From: Octopus vulgaris
Taxonomy: Eukaryota
DNA length: 64,000 nt
Direction: 5' to 3'
Assembly (NCBI GenBank): GCA_951406725.2
Contig: OX597823.1
Span: forward strand, 6,076,001-6,140,000
Of the stretch, positions 1-13,440 are shown piece by piece (positions within the stretch are counted from its first letter, which is position 1; the number at the start of each line of letters is the position of its first letter). The translations under genes were made by a program, and so were the position numbers. Under the pieces are notes generated by a model. The model saw only the letters and a list, made by a program, of their open reading frames with translations. It did no database searches and was not told the origin of the DNA.

Positions 1-316
1 ATGGGTTGGACGGTTCAACTGGGGTCTGGGAAGCCCGAAGGCTGCACCAGGCCAGTCAGATCTGGCAGTGTTTCTACAGCTGGATGCCCTTCCTAACGCC
101 AACCACCCCGAGAGTGTAGTGGGTGATTTTATGTGCCACCGACACAGGTGCCAGACACAGGTGTATATATTTGGCGTTAGGAAGGGCATCCAGCCATAGA
201 AACACTGCCAAATCTGACTGGGCCTGGTGCAGCCTTCTGGCTTCACAGACTCCAGTTGAACCGTCCAACCCATGCTAGCATGGAAAGCAGACGCTAAACG
301 ATGATGATGATGATGA
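1..316. mobile_element. Two inverted (head-to-head) copies of repeat family A, a non-LTR retroelement 3' end with (GAT)n tail
   Basis: 1-102 is the near reverse complement of 171-273. The plus copy ends AAACGATGATGATG. The core TTGGCGTTAGGAAGGGCATCCAGC recurs more than 12 times in the window. Confidence 0.85.
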
Positions 317-320
317 TATG

Positions 321-374
<54 letters not shown>

Positions 375-614
375 TAGGTGAATGAATTATCCTAGTATTG
401 ATAATTCGGTTAACCGATACCTGGGTAGCAAATTCACATCAGAAAGCACGGTTGAAGCTACATGCCAAAGGTAGAAACTGCGTGTTCTTGTGTGGTAATT
501 TGTGTAATATTTAAAATGAATAAAAGAATTGTGTTAAAATCCTCGTTCAACTGCATTCTTTTATTCATTTTATATATATATATGTATATATATGTATATG
601 TATATATATATATA

Positions 615-1163
615 GGACAAGTGAGACCATAACCCGTGGCCTTCTACATGGGATGGAGCCAGCCTACGTATGCATACCTTCCCTTCTTGGGACACAAAAC
701 TCTACTTGTGAAGACCCGTTGAGGCAAGTAAGGATCAGAATGGAAATCGATCAATGGAAATTGCAGATGTGTTACCAGTGCCGGTGGCATGTAAGAGAAT
801 CATCCGTTCGTGACCGCTGCCAGCGCCGCCCCGACTGGCCTCGTGCCGGCGGCATGTAAGAAGCACCATCCATTCGTGTCCGTTGCCAGCGTCGCCTGGC
901 CCCCGTGCCGGTGGCACATAAAAAGCACCATCTGTTCGTGGCCGTTTTCCAGCTCTGTCTGGCACCTGTGTGGGTGGCACGTAAAAAGCACCCACTACAC
1001 TCACGGAGTGGTTCGCATTAGGAAGGGCATCCAGCCGTAGAAACACTGCCAGATCTGACTAGGCCTGATGAAGTCTTCCAGCTTCACAGACCCCAGTTGA
1101 ACCGTCCAACCCATGCTAGCATGGAAAACGGACGCTAAATGATGATGATGATGATGATGATGA
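615..1163 (+). mobile_element. Family A long copy with internal ~60-bp tandem subrepeats
   Basis: Four GTGCCGGTGGCAYRTAAAAAGCACC-like units, then the family A core and (GAT)n tail, flanked by (TA)n. Confidence 0.85.
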
Positions 1164-1312
1164 TATATATATACACACACACATATATATATATATATAC
1201 ACACACATATATATATATGTACATATATATATACATATATATACATTTATACACACATATATATACATATATATATATATACATATACATATATACATAT
1301 ACATACATATAT

Positions 1313-1357
<45 letters not shown>

Positions 1358-1368
1358 CATACATATAT

Positions 1369-1399
<31 letters not shown>

Positions 1400-2064
1400 A
1401 ATGAAGCATAAGGAAAGGAAAAAATTGTAAGTGTAGACGAACTTTAATTCAATTCAAATCCAAGTTGGTAAAGAACCAATATACATTCTACAAATTGTTT
1501 CTGCGTCTAATTCATTCCAAAGACGCAAAACTCTTCGTGAAATACCAATTAGATTCCTCATCAGGAATTACACACTGGGATGAATGATTACGACCAACAA
1601 AAATATGCAAAGACCTTTCGTAGCCCAGACATGAACAAATAAATGAAAGATAACAAGAACGCCAGATATTCAAAACTAGAAAAATATAAATATATAAACT
1701 CAATATTATGGTAAAATTAAACGAAAATAAAAATAAATATAAATTTAAATTAAGCAGAAAATGGAGAAATCTTGATCAATAACAACTGACAAACATCGAT
1801 TATTATTTTTTAATACAAAACTTTATTAAAAAATAATAATCAATATTGGTCAATTGTTGTTGATCACGATTTCTCCATTATCTGTTTAATTGAAATTTGA
1901 TTACTGATAAAATTCTTGTTTATATTTATCCATTACCTGTATCCTATGAGCATAATATGCTTGCATATGTATGCCCAGGGTTAACATAAGTAATTCATAC
2001 CGGTAGTAAAAACAGATATTCTTATCCCCCTTACACGGTTATTCCAACCGCTAACTTTCCTAAC

Positions 2065-2109
<45 letters not shown>

Positions 2110-2190
2110 ATAAGATCGTTATTTAAAATACCGACCATATCAAGTGGCTAGCATGGGAATAAAACCTCAGAGGTAATAATTATTATTAAA

Positions 2191-2362
2191 ATTACAATTA
2201 AGGGCATCTAAAAGATACCATCATGCTAGATATAGCAGTCAAAACTTGACTCTAAAACCACATCTCTCCTGGTGCTGTATGAATATTTGATGTGGTTTTA
2301 GAGTCTAGTTTTGACTGCTATATCTAGCATGATGGTATCTTTTAGATACCCTAAATTATAAT
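2191..2362. repeat. Long near-perfect inverted repeat (~75-bp arms)
   Basis: AGGGCATCTAAAAGATACCATCATGCTAGATATAGCAGTCAAAAC... pairs with ...GTTTTGACTGCTATATCTAGCATGATGGTATCTTTTAGATACCCT. Confidence 0.9.
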
Positions 2363-2363
2363 C

Positions 2364-2407
<44 letters not shown>

Positions 2408-2439
<32 letters not shown>

Positions 2440-2649
2440 GTTTAACGTCCGTTTTCCATGCTGGCATGGGTTGGACGATTCAACTGGGGGTCTGGGAAGC
2501 CAGGAGGCTGCACCAGGCTCCAGTCTGATCTGGCAGTGTTTCTACAGCTGGATGCCCTTCCTAATGCCAACCACTCCGTGAGTGTAGTGGGTGCTTTTTA
2601 TGTGCCACAACCACAGGTGCCAGGGGAGGCTGGCAACGGCTACGATCAG

Positions 2650-2650
<1 letters not shown>
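2408..2650 (-). mobile_element. Family A copy
   Basis: (CAT)n-CGTTTAACGTCCGTTTTCCATGCTGGCATGGGTTGGACG start, inserted in (TA)n. Confidence 0.85.
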
Positions 2651-2690
<40 letters not shown>

Positions 2691-2915
2691 TTTAAAAGAA
2701 GAAGAAAATGGAGATTGGGGAGTAAATAATTGTTTATTATTAACAGCAAATTGGTCCTCTTCACTTACAACCGTTTCTATTAATACTCAACAAACATTAA
2801 ATTTACATTTATGCAACATAAGCATAATATCATCAGAGGTAAAAGATGTACATTTGGATGTTATGTGTGTGTTTGAGAATTCATTTTAGCAGAGTGCTAC
2901 ATTACATATACAGAC

Positions 2916-3270
2916 GCAGGAGTGGCTGTGTGGTAAGTAACTTGCTTACCAACCACATGGTTCTGGGTTCAGTCCACAGCGTGGCACCTTAGACAAGTGT
3001 GTTTTACTATAGCCACAGGCCAACCAAAGCCTTGATAGACAGAAACAGAAAGAAGCCTGTCGTATATGTGTGTGTGTGTGTGTGTGTATGTGCTTGTTTC
3101 CCCACCATCACTTGACAACCAATGTTGGTGTGTTTACGTGCCTGTGACTTAGTGATTTGGCAAAAGTGACCAATAGAATAAGTAGTAGGCTTACAAAGAA
3201 TAAGTCCTGTGGTCAATTACTAAAGGTGGTGCTCCAGCATGACTGTAGTCAAATGGCTGAAACAAATAAA

Positions 3271-3272
<2 letters not shown>
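2916..3272 (+). mobile_element. tRNA-derived SINE, family B
   Basis: Head with A-box TGGCTGTGTGG and B-box GGGTTCAGTCC, a CACCTTRGRCAAGTG core-like segment, internal (GT)n, and tail ACTGAAACAAGTAAAAGA. More than 15 related copies in the window. Confidence 0.85.
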
Positions 3273-3318
<46 letters not shown>

Positions 3319-4353
3319 GGTTGACACAGGCATGGCTGTGTGGTTAAGAAGCTTATTTCTCAATCACACGATTTCAGGTTCTGTCCCACTGCATGGCACT
3401 TTGGGTAAGTGTTTTCTGCCGTAGCTTCAGGGTTTGTTAGTAGATTTGGCAGACAAACTGGAAGAAGCCTGTATGTATATATGTGTGCATGTGCGTATGC
3501 ATGCGTATGTAGTGCATGCATGTGTGAGAGAGTGTGTGTGTGTGTGCGTGCATGTGTGTGTGTGCGTGTGTGTGTGTGTCTGTTTGTCTGTCTCATTGTT
3601 ATGACATCACAATAGTCACAAAAGAGCACCACTGGCCCACAAGTGGAGTGATTCATTTCCAAACAACATTTCGTTGCTTGGCAACAGGTCAAGGTTGGGA
3701 ACAGGAACAACACCTTGGCTGTAGAAAATCTACCTCAATGAATTCCATCTGACCAAAGCAAACCTGGAGCAACATGAAATAAAATGTTTTGTTCAATAGC
3801 ACAACATACCACCAGGCCTGGGGATTGAAACCACAAGCCCATGGTCATAAGCGCAACATTTGCTTGCAAGCCTGGAAAAGTGGACACTAAAACAATGAGG
3901 AATGATCAGCCTTTTTGTTCTCCTTCCTTAATTCCCCACCCTTCTTCCCCTTTCCCATAATCCAAGACTGCAACTTCAGCTCCATTACAACTTCCATTAT
4001 TGATATTCCCTTCCTTATGAAGGTTGCCATCTCCTCCTCTAAGTTGACACATCTTTCCTTGGATGGTTGCCATCTTCTCGATCACACACTAGTGCCAAAC
4101 AACAAGCCAAATTCCCATCTGTTATGATTTGCATGAAGACTTTTGTTCCGGTACTTTCCAAAATAAAATTGCTCTCTTCATTTGGCAGGTTTTCTTTTTT
4201 TTTCTCTCTCTCTTTTCCTTTCTGTGTTTTGTAACTTATTAAAAAAAAACAATCCTCCTCCACCATCTTATAAATGGTAAAACCTGTTAAATAACAGGTT
4301 TCTACACTAGCACAAGAAGGAAAATTTCTTTGGTGGAGGAAATGGTCAATTAA

Positions 4354-4573
4354 CCCTTTAGCATTCAGATTAAGTTATCAAATGTAATGCTTGTTTATCC
4401 ATATTTTTTTTAATTAATCATGTAGCATCTCGTAGCTTCAAGATTTTGAAGATGTGATTGTTTATTTTTAGAATGACTTTGTAGGCTAGGTGTGAGAGGT
4501 TGGATCTGGTCAGTTTTAACATAAAATAATAAGAATATTTGGGTCAGATATGGCCAGTTTAAATGCTTAAGGG
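4354..4573. mobile_element. piggyBac-like MITE
   Basis: TTAA|CCCTTTAGCATT ... AATGCTTAAGGG|TTAA: terminal inverted repeats with a TTAA duplication, nested in a decayed family C SINE. Confidence 0.8.
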
Positions 4574-5501
4574 TTAAATCAACCCCCATTCATGACTGGT
4601 ATTTATTTTATCAACTCCATAAAGATGAAATGAAGATGCATGACCAAGTGGTTAAAATGTTGCACTCATGATCGTCGGGTTGTGGGTTTGATTCCCAGGC
4701 CTGGTGCTGTGTTGTGTTATTGAACAAAACACTTCACTTCGTGTTGATCCAGGCCATTTAGCAGTAATTGATTTCCAGCAGTAGTTGGGAAGTTAACCCT
4801 GTGGGGGACTGGTGCCTCGTTTGAAGAGGAGAAACTATGAAAACTGGACAAAGCTCTGGTCTTTTGAGGCCTAAGGTTCTGGACAGATCTAATCCTAAGT
4901 TTATGAAAATGACAGGCAAAGTAGAAACCTGGTTGGATTTGAACCCACAAGAAAAACAGACTTAGCGCTAAACACAGCATACCATTTGGCTTGCTGGTTT
5001 TTCCATACAAAGCAACTCTGTTAGAGAATATTTGTGAAGAAGTTTATTGAATTGACCCAAATACGACAAAGTACAAAGTAGCTTTAGTGGAATTTAACAT
5101 AAGGGTTTGCAAAGAAACAGAATCCTCTGAGGCATCAAGTCTTGTACCCAGCTGTGTCTACATTCCACCAAGTGAAGGTGCAGAGTTTATGGGTTAGGGT
5201 GTTTGGTTTGCAATTGTAAGGCCGTGAGTTCGATTCCCAGTGGTGCATGGTGTTCTTGAGCAACAGAATAAGTGCAGATTGGTTGTGTGGTTAAGAAGTT
5301 CACCTCCCAACCACATGGTTATGGGTTCAGACCCACTGCATTCTATCTTGAACAAGTGTCTTCTACTACAGCCCCGGGCTGACAACAGCTATGTGGGTGG
5401 GTTTGATAGATGAAACTCAAAGTAGCCTGCCATACACACATTCATGCACACACACACATGCATGCACACACACACACACACGCATGCACACACACACACA
5501 T

Positions 5502-5539
<38 letters not shown>

Positions 5540-7509
5540 GTGTGTGTATTTCTATCTTGACATCACATGGCTGTTGTAAATGAGCACCACCACCTCACAA
5601 ACGGTGTGGTTCATTTCCAGTCTGCCATGGAAAGATGTTCAGTCATGGGGAAATATTACCTTACTTGGAAACAAGGGTTGGGAACAGGAAAAGCATCCAG
5701 CTGTTGAAAACTTGCTTGAGCAGTAGGAGACTTGTTTGTACGGGCCTCGTTACACGTGGCCCATACAAGCCGAGAAGAGTGGACAGTAAAACGACGAGAA
5801 CGATGATGATAAGGAGGAGGAGTGGGAGGAGAGGAAATTCGAGCTTAGAACAACTAATTATTACTAATCATTTAATCAGACCCAACTCCTTTGTTCCTAT
5901 CATTTTAATTACCATTTGTAACGATGAGTCCTTACATTGATACAGGGGCCACACATTTATACAGAGAAAGTTGAGGGTTCATAGTTGATGCCATCAGCAC
6001 TCCTATATTTTACTGGTATTTATTTTATGAAATCCTGAAGGGATGAATGGCAAGACTGACCTCAAGTGGGATTTGAACATAAAGGGCCCAATTAAATACT
6101 ACAAGGCATATACACCAAGATTCTACTGATTCTATACAGCACCACCACCACTATTACCACTGCTACAACTACTACAATCAACAACAAGTATCAAAGGTGA
6201 AAATAAAAGAAAAAGAAAAATGCCACAATATATAAAATATACAAAATAATGAAGTGTTTCTTTCCCATAAGTATTTAAAACAGATGGCAGATTTCAATGT
6301 GTTGAATTCTATAGACTCAAGTTGTTTTTACCGATTCTTTCTATTCCTGCTGCTTCCAGTAAAACAGAAAAGTTATTTCTTAGACTGGAATGTGTGAAGA
6401 TTCAAATGTGTGTTAGTCATGCATTTGCCAATCCTAAGCAAAAAAGGATTTTTACAAGAAACATGATACGAAGCAACTTTATGATAATAAAGAGGTAAAT
6501 AGAGTGACTAATGACTTTTCTTCTACGTAAAATAAATCATTGTAATCACCATCACCATTTAATGTCCATGTCCAGTTCTGGCCTGGGTTGGATAATTTGA
6601 AAAGACCTCTGAAAGGTCCAAGAACTGTATCATGCTTCAGTACCTGCTCTGGCATCGTTTCTATGGCTGGATGTCCTTCCTAATGCCAACCACTTCACAG
6701 AGCACTATGTGCTCTTTTTCTTGTGGCACCAGCACTAGTGAGGTTGCTATATAACTTGCAAGGATAAGGCCCTCTTCAACATGAGAGTGGGAGGTAGCTT
6801 CATGGTGGGAGATGTGAGATTAAAGTATGAAAGAAGGGACTAGAACAGAACCAGTTTCTTGCTGTTGAGGAGTGACGTGGCTTCTCAGCTTCTAGAGAGG
6901 AGGATGTGAGTGCCTGGGCTGGAACTGGAGAGGGAGATAAAATAGCGGTGATGGGGTATCAGGGTGGCATCTCAAGGTACAAAGTGAACAGAAGTGTAGG
7001 AGCAGGAGAACAGGAAGTGTAAGTGGGGGGAGGCAGAGGTTGCAGAAGTGAATGGGAGAGTGAGAGAAGATTGGAAAGAGGGAGTAGGTGTGAGAGTGAA
7101 TATAAGGAAGAAAACCATTGAGGGGTGATAAGTATGGGGGGGGGGGGAGAAAAAAAGGAAGGGGTGAGAGGAGTGAAATGAAAAATGGGAATATATTTCC
7201 ATAATTTTCTTTAATTACTTTTAAAAATAAAACTTTTTAGAATGTTTTCTAGCCATCAGTTAGGAATGCACAATGCACAGGTAATTCAATCACCGCAACA
7301 CAATGACAACCACTGCTGCTGTTGGTTGCCATAATGAATGCTGGTCGGAAGGATTAATGTTTTTATGATTCTCTTCCATTTGGCATAATACACACATTAT
7401 TTCAGAAATAACACCAAACGTAAAGAAGCCTGCCAACAAGGACATTCCTTATAAGTTACTTGACCTGCTAAATAAAGCAGCCAAATTTCTTTTCAAAAAT
7501 ATGTTTATG

Positions 7510-7709
7510 TATTTTACTCTTTTACTTGTTTCAGTCATTTGACTGTGGCCATGCTGGAGCACTGCCTTTAGTTGAGCAAATTGACCCCAGGACTTATTCT
7601 TTGTAAGCCTAGTACTTATTCTATTGGTCTCTTCTGGAGAACCGCTAGATTACAGGGATGTAAACACACCACCATCAGTTGTCAAGTGGGGGACAAACAC
7701 AGACATATA

Positions 7710-7747
<38 letters not shown>

Positions 7748-7897
7748 ATGGGCTTCTTTCAGTTTCCATCTTCTTTCAGTTTCCATCTTTGGTCGGCCCG
7801 AGGTTATAGTAGAAGACACTTGTCCAAGGCGCCACGCAGTGGGAATGAACCCAGAACCATGTGGTTGGTAAGCAAGCTACTTACCACACAGCCACTC
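7510..7897 (-). mobile_element. Family B SINE
   Basis: Reverse complement of the 2916-3272 consensus. Confidence 0.85.
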
Positions 7898-8919
7898 TTG
7901 AGCCCAACAAACAAACAAAAAAAACCGGGGAACAGAAAAGACGAAGACAATGTATTTATACTGAAAATCTTAAACAGTATTATAGATAAGAGAAGGAAGC
8001 AATCCACCCCAGGTGATGTGATCCAAAAGGTCTGACGACTGCATGGAACTCCAATGCTTGCTTTGGAATGGTTTCTGTGTCTTGTTGCCCTTCCTAATGC
8101 CAACCACTTTACAGAATGTAGAATGTACTCTTTTTCCAGTGGCACCAGCACTGGTAATGTTATCCCGTATCTTACGAGACTAAGATCCCGTTTGACACTA
8201 GAGAAGGGTGGCACTTTTGGATCTGCTGTATAAACCTGCATAAACTAGAGGATCCAGGGTAAAGGGGACAGAAAACTCAAGGACTTCTCCAGGGAGCACA
8301 TACTCTAGCTATGTCACTGATCTTAAATCTTAAAACCATGTTTCACAAAAATAATGAAACAAACATGGTTCCCAAACAAATGGAATCATCATCACCATCA
8401 TCACCACCACCACCACCACCACCACCACCACCACCACCATCACCACCACCACCACCACCATCATCATCATAATTATTGTTTTGATGTCTACTTTTTCGTG
8501 CATACATGGCTCAAATCAACTTTGCTGAAGCAGATTTTCTATGGGGCCGGATACCCTTTCATGTCACTAATCCTCACTTTTTCCAGGCAACAAAATATTT
8601 CCCCATGACCAGACATGTTTTTGCATAAGGTTGACAACAAATAATCCTGTTTATATGTTAGTTCTGCTCAACCAGCACTGGATCAGGCACAGTATGTTTC
8701 TGTGCAGGTGCTTTCTTTTTTTTTTTTAACATATGTACTCAAGATGGCCATCGTCTGTGTGTGTATCTCCTTGTCTTGACATCATATGAGAGTTCTAAAT
8801 AAGAGTCTCTTGTCACACAAGCAGTATTGTTTATTTCCAGTATCTTGAAATATTTCCTTGCCTGGAAATAGGTAAAGTTTGGCCACAGGAAGAGCATCCA
8901 GCCATAAAACATGCCTTAA

Positions 8920-9141
8920 CCCTTTCGTTACTGTATTTCTGTTGAGATGCTCTGTGTTTCTTTCAATTAATTTTAAATATAACAGAGAATTTAGTAAAAT
9001 AACTTAGTTATCCTTCAGCTAGTGTTAGGAATATAAATTGTGACTAAGGTTTGGTGGAAGATTTTAATTCAAAGCTTATGAAAACCAGACATTTGTACTG
9101 CAGAGCCAGAGGTGGTTTCAGCCAGATTGGTAACGAAAGGG
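8920..9141. mobile_element. piggyBac-like MITE
   Basis: TTAA|CCCTTTCGTTAC ... GTAACGAAAGGG|TTGA, a perfect 12-bp TIR. Confidence 0.8.
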
Positions 9142-9832
9142 TTGATGAATTCCAGCAGACCGATGCAAGTATGGAAAAGTGGATGTTATGATGATGATGA
9201 CTAACACTTCTGCCAGTTCACCATCCTAGCAGTAACAATAATAATAATGGTTTCAAATTTGGGCACAAGGCCAGCAATTTTTTTTTTGGGGTGGGGAGTC
9301 ATTTACATCAACCCCAGTTCTCAACAGGAACTTACATTATTGATCCCAAAAGGATGAAATGCAAAGTGGACCTCAGTGGAATTTGAACTCAGGGCATAAA
9401 GATGGATAAAATGCCTCTAAGCATTTCATCCGGTGTGCTAATGATTCAGCCAGCTTTCCACCTCAACAACAACAACAACAACAATAGTAACAATAACAAC
9501 AACGACAACAACAAAAACAAACATAGACACACACAAAAAAACAGCTTTGACTAGAAACTACTCCAAGGATTACTTTCGTCATCGTTAATGTGAGCCAAGA
9601 AAAATATAATGATAAAAATGGGAAATGAAAAGTACAAAAACAAAAAGGTAGAAAGAGAAAGAAACAGCACTGTGAGCTTTCTTTTAGTTACAGACAATTC
9701 TTCATTTCTTTTGGAATGAGCTTAAATACAGAATCTAGAAAGTCTAGGAATGAATCATTCTTGTTTTCCACATAGGGAGAAAATACTTTTTTTTTGTCAA
9801 ATATATATTTTTCTTTTTTATGCTATTAATTA

Positions 9833-10133
9833 GTCATCACCTGGTCAAACTTGCTCGGCTATTTTTAACCCATGCACACAATTCATCTCAGTCCTACTTT
9901 ACATGAGGGAGGCCTTTGGGGAGGCATCCAGAGCCTCTGGTAGGTTGATCTACATACATTGTGTTTGGACGACCAGCTTGAGTCACGCTTTGGCTTCCAT
10001 AGCAATTGTTAGCTCTTGTTTAGCTCTTGTTTAGTCACCTGCAATGTCCTACAAAGCACCTTTCCCTTATAACGTTGGAAACAGGCAGGAGATCTCCATA
10101 CAGCTGCTTCTTGGTAGGATGATTCCTCCAAGA
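9833..10133 (-). pseudogene. Decayed RTE-clade LINE, C-terminal fragment
   Basis: Minus-strand translation SWRNHPTKKQLYGDLLPVSNVIRERCFVGHCR...LLWKP...GRPNTMYVDQ, typical of the RTE post-RT region, with stops and frameshifts. Confidence 0.75.
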
Positions 10134-10465
10134 TCATCATCATCATCATTGTTTAACATCCGTTTTCCATGCTGGCATGGGTTGGACGGTTTGACTGAGG
10201 GCTGGCAAGCCAGAAGGCTGCACCAGGCTCCAATCTGATCTGGCAAAGTTTCCACAGCTGGATGCCCTTCCTAACACCAACCACTCTGAGTGTGTAGCGG
10301 GTGCTTTTTACATACCACTGGCATGAGGGCCAGTTGGGTGCTACTGTCATTGGCCACAACAATGACTTCACTTGACACAACAGGTCTTTGCAAGTGCAGT
10401 TTATTGCCCAATGATTGAAGGGTGCTCTTAAATGGGCCGGTTATGCTGCACTGGAATAGGCCACA
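10134..10465 (-). mobile_element. Family A copy at the LINE inversion junction
   Basis: (CAT)n tail plus the family A core. Confidence 0.85.
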
Positions 10466-10469
10466 GTTA

Positions 10470-10695
10470 AAACTGAAAAGGATGTAAAAACTTGGACAAC
10501 CAAAGCATGGTTAGCCCTAAACAAACTGGATGTTGTCTGGAAATCAACCCTATCAGACAATTAAGAGGAATTTTTTCCATGCAACAGTAGAATCAAATCA
10601 TTTATATGGAACAACAGTCTGGACACTTACCAAAAAACTGGAATCCAAGCTAGATGGAACTTACACCTGAATGTCAAGAGAAGTCTTGAACATCT
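10470..10695 (+). pseudogene. Decayed RTE-clade LINE fragment, inverted relative to 9833-10133
   Basis: Translation EKDVKTWTTKAWLALNKLDVVWKSTLSD/LKRNFFHATVESNHLYGTTVWTLTKKLESKLDGTYT*MSREVLNI. Confidence 0.75.
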
Positions 10696-11352
10696 AATTA
10701 TTAAATTAAGACTGATAATACTTTTAAATTGATGGAGTTGCTTAAAAAACAGTAAAAGAAATGTTGCTAAGCGTCTGGTCCAGTGTTCTAATAATTCTGC
10801 CAGCTCACCACCTTAATAGTAATAATAATTGATTTGAACCCCAAATGAAGGTCACTTGCACAGCAAGTGTTCCATTGTGTAGCATGGAAATTTGGGGTCA
10901 AAACCCCCTTTAGATAAAAAAAAAATAAATAAAGCTGATGGCTGCCTGTAGGGTAGGGACTCACATCTTCTGTAAACATGACAGATGTTCTACAGTTGGA
11001 CCAAAGCAATCCTTTGAATTTTTCTTTCCAAAGGGAATTTTTGACACAATACTTACATGTTATTATTTATAGCTTTATCTACTTCAAGTTTCAATGTTAC
11101 AAATGAAATAATATATGTATTTTTTTTTTTGTTATTGTTAATTGCACTTAGATAAACTGGTGGGTTGGCAGGATCATTAAAGCATTACAGATATTCATCC
11201 TGGATCTTGTGTTTTGATTTCAAATCCTGCCAATATCAGCTTTGCCTTTTATTCTTTTGGGGGTCAATAAAATGAAGTATCAATGAAGTAGTGGGCTTGA
11301 TGTAATCAATTAACTCCCTCCCATCAAAACAGGCCTTGGACTTAAACCAGAA

Positions 11353-11405
<53 letters not shown>

Positions 11406-11461
11406 ATATATATATATATGATATATATATATATATATATTATATATTTCATCTCATATAC

Positions 11462-11992
<531 letters not shown>

Positions 11993-12093
11993 ATAACGGG
12001 AAGCTTTATGAAAATAGACAAAAGACGAAGGCAGGTGGAAAACAAACGAACAATTGTATTAGTATGGCGCTCAGGAAATATAAATAAAACAAG

Positions 12094-12131
12094 TCTTTAA
12101 CGTTTCGAGCCTACGCTCTTCAACAGAAAGA
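12094..12131 (-). ncRNA. Minimal hammerhead ribozyme-like motif, variant core CUGUUGA
   Basis: Minus strand: TCTTT CTGTTGA A GAGC-gtag-GCTC GAAA C GTT AAAGA (stem I 5 bp, stem II 4 bp, palindromic stem III). Confidence 0.6.
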
Positions 12132-13175
12132 TACACAGAGAGAAAAACACAGAAAGAAGGAGAAAAAAAAATGCTAGTAGCTAACGAATCAACATGGCGA
12201 TCTGATTTCGGCCAGAGGTCAAAGATCAAACATGAGACGCGAGAGCGAAATAAGGGGAGATAATAGGGTTGATAAAAGGGTTGAGGGACCAGCTAAAAGT
12301 GCGGGAGGGGTCTGGATGTGTGTATGTATAGGGTTGGTGTATGTATTAGTATGTATAGGGTGTGTGTGTGTGTGTGTGTGTGTATGAGAGAGTATTAGTG
12401 CGTAAGATTGGTCTGGACGTGCGTATGTATGGGGTTGGTGTATGTATTAGTATGTATTAGTACGTATTGGTATGTATAGGTGTGTGTGTGTGTGAGAGAG
12501 TATAAGTGCGTATGCGGGTCTGGACGTGTGTATGTATAGGGTTGGTGTAAGTATTAGTATGTACTGGTATGTATTAGTACGTATTAGTATGTATTAGTTG
12601 GTGTGTGTATTAGTATTATATATATATATGTATATATATCTTTGTAAAGGGGTAGCCTACATTAGATATTTTTCTTTATATATTTAACGTGATATCTTCT
12701 ACAATAAACACAAGTATATAAAATACCTTTCTATGAACAGCAAAACAGTTAACAAGATGCAATCTGGTTCCTTTTTTGTTGTTGTGGTTGCTTTTCTTTT
12801 TTCTGTTACAGTTCATGCTTCACTGCAGCAAACAACCGTTAGATAAGGTGAGACATACACTGAAGAAACCGATAGCAGTAACATCTATAAAAATATATTC
12901 CACGAGATAACTGTAAGAATCTGTGACATAACTAGAACAGTGGAACAGATAAAAAGCAGAAACCAGGGACAACTTCAAATATAACACACTAACATCACAG
13001 AGAACAAAGATAAACTAAACACCCAGCAACAAAATTAAGAAATACCAAAAGAAATAAACAAACATAAAAGGTGGGATGCTGAAAAGTCAGAGATACTTGT
13101 TTCCAATATCAGCAATAAAAAGCCACAAACATTACATAGAGTAATGGGCAACATCAAGAACTCTGTCCAATATTT

Positions 13176-13440
13176 AAGAGATGAGGAATTATTTACATTA
13201 TTTACATTTGACGGATATTTGTCGTCATCTTGTTTGTTGTTAACACAATGTTTCGGCTGAGATACCCTCCAGCCTTCATCAGGTGTTTTGGGGAAATTTC
13301 GAACCTAGGTTCTCATTTTTAAGGTATTTTTCGATGTTATTATTGCTATTATTATTATTCAGGTCACTGCCTGGAATCGAACTCAGAATCTTAGGGTTAG
13401 TAGCCCGTGCTCTTAACCTCTACACCAAATGCCCATGGGC
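13176..13440 (-). mobile_element. tRNA-headed SINE-like element with hammerhead motif in its tail
   Basis: Minus strand: head TGGTGTAGAGG...GAGTTCGATTCC, (TAA)n linker, then AACAC CTGATGA A GGCTG..CAGCC GAAA CATT GTGTT (13242-13287). Confidence 0.75.

Noticed and set aside
778-1000. CRISPR-like pattern of ~25-bp palindromic repeats with ~36-bp spacers (also 11462-11680 and 30440-30740)
   Set aside because: The spacers are homologous to each other, the units lie within a dispersed eukaryotic retro-repeat, and there are no cas genes.
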